A stretch of 64,000 nt of DNA, taken from Oscillospiraceae bacterium (GTDB taxonomy: Bacteria > Bacillota > Clostridia > Oscillospirales > Ruminococcaceae). The stretch is taken from assembly GCA_017436125.1 (NCBI GenBank), contig JAFSDS010000026.1, positions 862-64,861 on the forward strand, read 5' to 3'. Made by a program: the position numbers and the translations under genes. The notes under the pieces were generated by a model. The model searched no databases. It was not told the origin of the DNA and worked only from the letters and a program-made list of their open reading frames with translations. Positions 60,394 to 64,000 of the stretch are shown here, one piece after another (the stretch's first letter is position 1; each line of letters begins with the position of its first letter).

Positions 60394-62085
60394 TCAGTCA
60401 AGAGGGTCTTTGCCAACGATATGCTCATAAAGCCTCTGGCTGTCGCGGGCATTGATAACGCCGTCGCCGTTGACGTCTGCCGCTTTATATTCGGCGGAAA
60501 CATTCACAATGGGATCTTTACCGACTATGTGCTCATATAGCCTCTGGCTGTCGCGGGCATTGACAACGCCGTCGCCGTTACAGTCGCCAAGTAGGAACTT
60601 TGCATTGGGATCATAGGCTTTTGCGTTATAGCCGTTCCATTTGCCGTCAATGATTTCCCAGGTGGTGTTGTCGGCGGTGTAATAAATAGTATCTTTTGCA
60701 GACTCGAAAGAGGGTTCTTCTTCTGTTGCCGCGATGACAACCGGTGCATCTCCTTTGAAATAAAATCTGTCAACACTGCAATTACGAAAAGCCTCTGCAC
60801 CGATTTTTGTTATTTTATCGTGTAAAACAACACTTCCTTTAAAATTGGGACAATATCCAAACGCAAAACCGTCTATAACAGAAACATTTTTCCCGACAAC
60901 AAGGTTTCCGTCAAAACCGCTGCAGAAGGAAAAAGCAGAGCGACCAATGGTTGTTACACTGTCAGGGATAATAAGATCCCCCGTAAATCCATTGCAGCTT
61001 GAAAAAGCTAATGAACCAATAGATGTTACGCCGTCAGGGATAACGAGGTTTCCGGTAAAACCCTTGCAATCGTTAAAAGCCCAGTCTCCGATGGATTTAA
61101 CGTTTTTAGGAATAATAAGTTCACCTGTAAAACCGGAACAATAGCAAAAAACGTAGGTGTTAATAGTTGTGATACCGTTCGGAATAACAAGTTTTCCGTT
61201 AAAGCCTTCGCAGCTCATAAAGGCACCGGATCCGAGACTTGTTACACTATCCGGAATTACAAGGTCTCCGGTAAAACCTTCACAACCAAGAAAAGCGTTT
61301 GCACCTATCGTTTTAAGGCTATTCGGAAGATTGAGTTTGCCGGTAAATCCACTGCAATTAGAGAACGCACCCGAATTGATAGTAGTTACGCTTTTTGGAA
61401 TTGTAAGTTTTCCTTTAATGTTGCTGCATCCCAAAAAAGCATTTCGTCCAATCTGGGTTATTCCTTCTTCAAGAACAAGGCTATTAAATTTATCAAGATA
61501 ATTTGCCCATGGTGCAGTTGTGATCCAATTACTGAAGTCATAAGCATAATTATACATCTGTCCCTTGCCTTTGATTCTGAGAACTCCTTTTGAATCAATC
61601 ATCCATGCAAGGTTAATTCCGGTGCCTTCCGCACCGCAATAGCCGCTGGCAATATAATCATCGGGATCGAATTCCGGGGAATATTCCTCCGGTTTTTCGG
61701 GTTCTTTACCATCTAGATAGATATATGTTACCGTAAGATAAAGATCATTGTCGTCATCCATGGATTTGGTGTATTTGATATCATAACCCTCAAGAGCGTT
61801 ATATCCCAAGTCGTATTTGTTATAATCGTCACCTTCCGACGTTACACCCGTAATTGAATAATCAAAATCATCCGGAGGTTCGGGCTGAAAACCCATTCCA
61901 TAATGCTGACCGTATAACAAAAAACCAATATAGACACTTTCGGGCGGATTTTCATCCTTTTCAACATTTTCCCATTTAACTTTAATATAAATGTTAACCT
62001 TTCCGGTATCGGCCGCAAAAGCGGGAACACTTGCAAAGCTTAAAAACATTGCAAGGCATAAAATGATGCTTATTATTTTTTTCAT
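60394..62085 (-). CDS. Dockerin protein: N-terminal ~150-aa domain plus one BspA-type LRR cassette
   Basis: GGAGGG RBS. Signal peptide ...SVPAFAAD. ASGYCGAEGTGINLAW cassette start. LRR_5 repeats. WNGY cap. Two dockerin segments. Confidence 0.85.
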   Translation of the reverse strand: MKKIISIILCLAMFLSFASVPAFAADTGKVNIYIKVKWENVEKDENPPESVYIGFLLYGQHYGMGFQPEPPDDFDYSITGVTSEGDDYNKYDLGYNALEGYDIKYTKSMDDDNDLYLTVTYIYLDGKEPEKPEEYSPEFDPDDYIASGYCGAEGTGINLAWMIDSKGVLRIKGKGQMYNYAYDFSNWITTAPWANYLDKFNSLVLEEGITQIGRNAFLGCSNIKGKLTIPKSVTTINSGAFSNCSGFTGKLNLPNSLKTIGANAFLGCEGFTGDLVIPDSVTSLGSGAFMSCEGFNGKLVIPNGITTINTYVFCYCSGFTGELIIPKNVKSIGDWAFNDCKGFTGNLVIPDGVTSIGSLAFSSCNGFTGDLIIPDSVTTIGRSAFSFCSGFDGNLVVGKNVSVIDGFAFGYCPNFKGSVVLHDKITKIGAEAFRNCSVDRFYFKGDAPVVIAATEEEPSFESAKDTIYYTADNTTWEIIDGKWNGYNAKAYDPNAKFLLGDCNGDGVVNARDSQRLYEHIVGKDPIVNVSAEYKAADVNGDGVINARDSQRLYEHIVGKDPLD

Positions 62086-62122
62086 TTCTTTCCCTCCGTT
62101 TGATAGGGTTTATTACACCTTG

Positions 62123-62150
62123 ATTATACCACTTTTATAAATTAAAGCAA
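62123..62150 (-). promoter_or_regulatory. Sigma-A promoter TTGCTT-16-TATAAT with TGn extension (minus strand)
   Basis: Reverse complement gives TTGCTT (62150-62145) and gTGgTATAAT (-10 at 62128-62123). Confidence 0.6.
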
Positions 62151-62152
62151 AT

Positions 62153-62185
62153 AAAAAAGCCCCGGAATATCCGGGGCTTTTTTTG
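62153..62185 (-). terminator. Rho-independent terminator (GCCCCGG family)
   Basis: agccccgg-aatat-ccggggct flanked by A and T runs. Confidence 0.85.
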
Positions 62186-62193
62186 CTTAACTA

Positions 62194-63540
62194 TCAGTCA
62201 AGAGGGTCTTTGCCAACGATATGCTCATAAAGTCTTTGGCTGTCGCGGGCATTGATAATGCCGTCGCCGTTGACGTCTGCCGCTTTATATTCGGCGGAAA
62301 CATTCACAATGGGATCTTTACCGACTATGTGCTCATAAAGTCTTTGGCTGTCGCGGGCGTTGATAACGCCATCGCCGTTACAGTCGCCAAGGAGGAACTT
62401 TGCATTGGGATCATAGGCTTTTGCGTTATAGCCGTTCCATTTGCCGTCAATGATTTCCCAGGTGGTGTTGTCGATGGGGTAATAGATAACATCCTTTTCA
62501 ACATTGAAAGAGAAGTTCGTAGACGTTGCTATTTTTACGGAGGGGGCGCTGCCCTCAAAATAAAATTTATCGACCCCACAGTTGCGGAATGCATTATTAC
62601 CGATTTTTGTTATTTTATCATGCAGAACAACTTTATCTTTAAGATTGGAACAACCATCAAAGGTACGTTCATTTATGACAGAAACACCGGTACCTATAAC
62701 GAGATTTCCGTCAAAACCACCGCAACTTGAAAAAGCAGAGCTGCCAATGGTTGTTACACTGTCGGGGATAATAAGGTCACCGGTAAAACCGTAGCAGTAG
62801 GAGAAAGCAGAGTAGCCAATAGTTGTTACGCTGTCTGGAATAACAAGACTTCCGGTAAAACTTTCGCAGCTATAAAATGCATCATTACCAATAGTTGTTA
62901 CACTGTCAGGGATAACAAGATTACCGTTAAAACCGTCGCAGCCATAAAAAGCACCATCGCCAATAGTTGTTACGCTATCCGGAATAACAAGACTTCCGGT
63001 AAAGCCGTCGCAGTCCAAAAAAGCAGAGTTGCCAATAGTTGTTACACCGTTTCCAATAACGAGGCTTCCTGTAAAACCGTCGCAGTTTACAAAGGCATAG
63101 CTGCCAATAGTTATTACGCTATCAGGAATAATAAGCTGTCCGGTGAGCCGTTTACAGCCAGAAAACACACTGGAACCTATTTCTGTTACACTGTTTGGGA
63201 TAATAAGATTCCCGGTAAAGCAGTAGCAGTCATAAAAAGCGCAATCTCCGATATATGTTATACCTTCTTCAAGAACAAGTGTTTTAAAACTGTCAAGATA
63301 GTCCCACCATGGAGCGGTGGATATCCAATCGTCATCAACATATTCTTCATCATAATCTTTCATTTTTCCGGTTCCGCTTATGGTGAGAACACCGTCGGAA
63401 TCAAGCGTCCAGCTGAGATTTGTTCCGTCGCCTTCCGCGCCGCAATATCCGCTTGCAACAGTTTCCGCACCAAAAGAATTCACCGGAATAACTCCGAAAA
63501 TCATAATCATGCAAAGCATGATGCTTATTACTTTTTTCAT
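62194..63540 (-). CDS. Dockerin protein with one BspA-type LRR cassette
   Basis: GGAGGG RBS. Signal peptide ...PVNSFGAE. ASGYCGAEGDGTNLSWTLD cassette start. Repeated LVIPDSVTTIG..AF..C. Dockerin at the C-terminus. Confidence 0.85.
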   Translation of the reverse strand: MKKVISIMLCMIMIFGVIPVNSFGAETVASGYCGAEGDGTNLSWTLDSDGVLTISGTGKMKDYDEEYVDDDWISTAPWWDYLDSFKTLVLEEGITYIGDCAFYDCYCFTGNLIIPNSVTEIGSSVFSGCKRLTGQLIIPDSVITIGSYAFVNCDGFTGSLVIGNGVTTIGNSAFLDCDGFTGSLVIPDSVTTIGDGAFYGCDGFNGNLVIPDSVTTIGNDAFYSCESFTGSLVIPDSVTTIGYSAFSYCYGFTGDLIIPDSVTTIGSSAFSSCGGFDGNLVIGTGVSVINERTFDGCSNLKDKVVLHDKITKIGNNAFRNCGVDKFYFEGSAPSVKIATSTNFSFNVEKDVIYYPIDNTTWEIIDGKWNGYNAKAYDPNAKFLLGDCNGDGVINARDSQRLYEHIVGKDPIVNVSAEYKAADVNGDGIINARDSQRLYEHIVGKDPLD

Positions 63541-63577
63541 TTCTTTCCCTCCGTTCGATAGGGCTTATTACACTTTG

Positions 63578-63605
63578 ATTATATCACTTTTATAAATTAA
63601 AGCAA
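63578..63605 (-). promoter_or_regulatory. Sigma-A promoter TTGCTT-16-TATAAT (minus strand), paralogous to 62123-62150
   Basis: Same architecture and nearly the same sequence as the 62123-62150 promoter. Confidence 0.6.
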
Positions 63606-63606
63606 A

Positions 63607-63638
63607 TAAAAAAGCCCCGGGATATCCGGGGCTTTTTT
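63607..63638 (-). terminator. Rho-independent terminator (GCCCCGG family)
   Basis: agccccgg-gatat-ccggggct flanked by A and T runs. Confidence 0.85.
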
Positions 63639-63650
63639 GCTTACTTAATA

Positions 63651-64000
63651 TCAGTCAAGAGGGTCTTTGCCAACGATATGCTCATAAAGTCTTTGGCTGT
63701 CACGGGCATTGATAATGCCGTCGCCGTTGACGTCCGCGGCTTTGTATTCATCGGAGTCCTTAACAAAAGGATTTTTACCGACTATGTGCTCATAAAGTCT
63801 TTGGCTGTCGCGGGCGTTGATAACGCCGTCGCCGTTACAGTCGCCAAGGAGGAACTTTGCATTGGTATCATAAGCTTTTGCGTTATAGCCGTTCCATTTA
63901 CCGTCAATGATTTCCCAGGTGGTGTTGCCGATGGGGTAATAAATGGTGTCTGATGCAGAATCGAAAGAAGGTTCGCTTGCGGTTGCCGCTCGAACACCGG
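63651..64000 (-). CDS. Dockerin/LRR protein, C-terminal part (5' end outside window)
   Basis: Not in the ORF track because no start lies in the window. Manual reverse translation gives ...IYYPIGNTTWEIIDGKWNGYNAKAYDTNAKFLLGDCNGDGVINARDSQRLYEHIVGKNPFVKDSDEYKAADVNGDGIINARDSQRLYEHIVGKDPLD-stop (TGA at 63653-63651). Confidence 0.8.
   Translation of the reverse strand, partial: GVRAATASEPSFDSASDTIYYPIGNTTWEIIDGKWNGYNAKAYDTNAKFLLGDCNGDGVINARDSQRLYEHIVGKNPFVKDSDEYKAADVNGDGIINARDSQRLYEHIVGKDPLD

Larger units (their letters stand above)
60350..64000 (-). repeat. Tandem array of three paralogous terminator-gene-promoter units
   Basis: The 3' ~280 nt of genes 60394 and 62194 align at a constant 1800-bp offset with about 95% identity. 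The 5' UTR/promoter and terminator are also duplicated. A third copy starts at 63607. Confidence 0.85.

Noticed and set aside
55982-63953. Recurrent plus-strand ORFs with similar translations (MLIKSLAVAGIDNAVAVDV...) at 55982-56365, 62221-62730 and 63678-63953, and the minus-strand analogues at 6282-6797 and 11979-12452
   Set aside because: These are antisense reads of the conserved dockerin-coding DNA. Their similarity reflects the dockerin repeats and does not indicate a real protein family.
1-64000. CRISPR arrays, tRNA/rRNA genes, transposases, integrases, prophage or toxin-antitoxin modules
   Set aside because: I saw no direct-repeat/spacer arrays, no cloverleaf-like or rRNA-like segments in the short intergenic regions, and no recombinase-like ORFs. 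Absence is based on visual inspection only.

Overview
This 64-kb chromosomal segment comes from a mid-GC Firmicute of the class Clostridia. Gene content and the many dockerin-bearing proteins suggest a Ruminococcus/Oscillospiraceae-like gut anaerobe, but that taxon is an inference. All functional calls rest on motif recognition in the supplied translations; no database search was possible.

Layout, left to right:
- The tail of an ethanolamine-utilisation operon (eutH, eutQ) and an amidohydrolase.
- Island I (2.3-12.5 kb): a secreted, sorting-signal-bearing protein with an N-terminal cohesin-like module and Cys-rich repeats, followed by three large dockerin-terminated proteins. Their cargo is BspA-type LRR cassettes, one of them with a transglutaminase-like core.
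- Core genes: ylxM-ffh-rpsP-KH-rimM-trmD, ptsH, uvrC, rsmD-coaD.
- A division/cell-wall (dcw) cluster: mraZ-rsmH-ftsL-PBP-murE-murF-mraY-ftsW-murG-ftsQ-(60-aa membrane ORF)-ftsZ.
- A SpoIID-like/peptidoglycan-binding trio, then small regulators and housekeeping genes (ppx-like, trxB, nadE, HD, ASCH, TetR, SDR).
- A uvrB-uvrA operon with a consensus promoter and a LexA-type box, extended by two paralogous unknown genes.
- A DivIVA-like gene with an apparent frameshifted 3' continuation, then RNA/SAM methyltransferases, comF, and a large amidase.
- Island II (56-64 kb): four more proteins carrying the same dockerin, three of them in a tandem, recently duplicated array.

No rRNA, tRNA, CRISPR array, transposase or integrase was recognised. 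The most interesting items are the cohesin-like anchor with its non-enzymatic dockerin cargo family, the two unknown paralogs appended to the uvrBA operon, and the frameshifted DivIVA-like gene.
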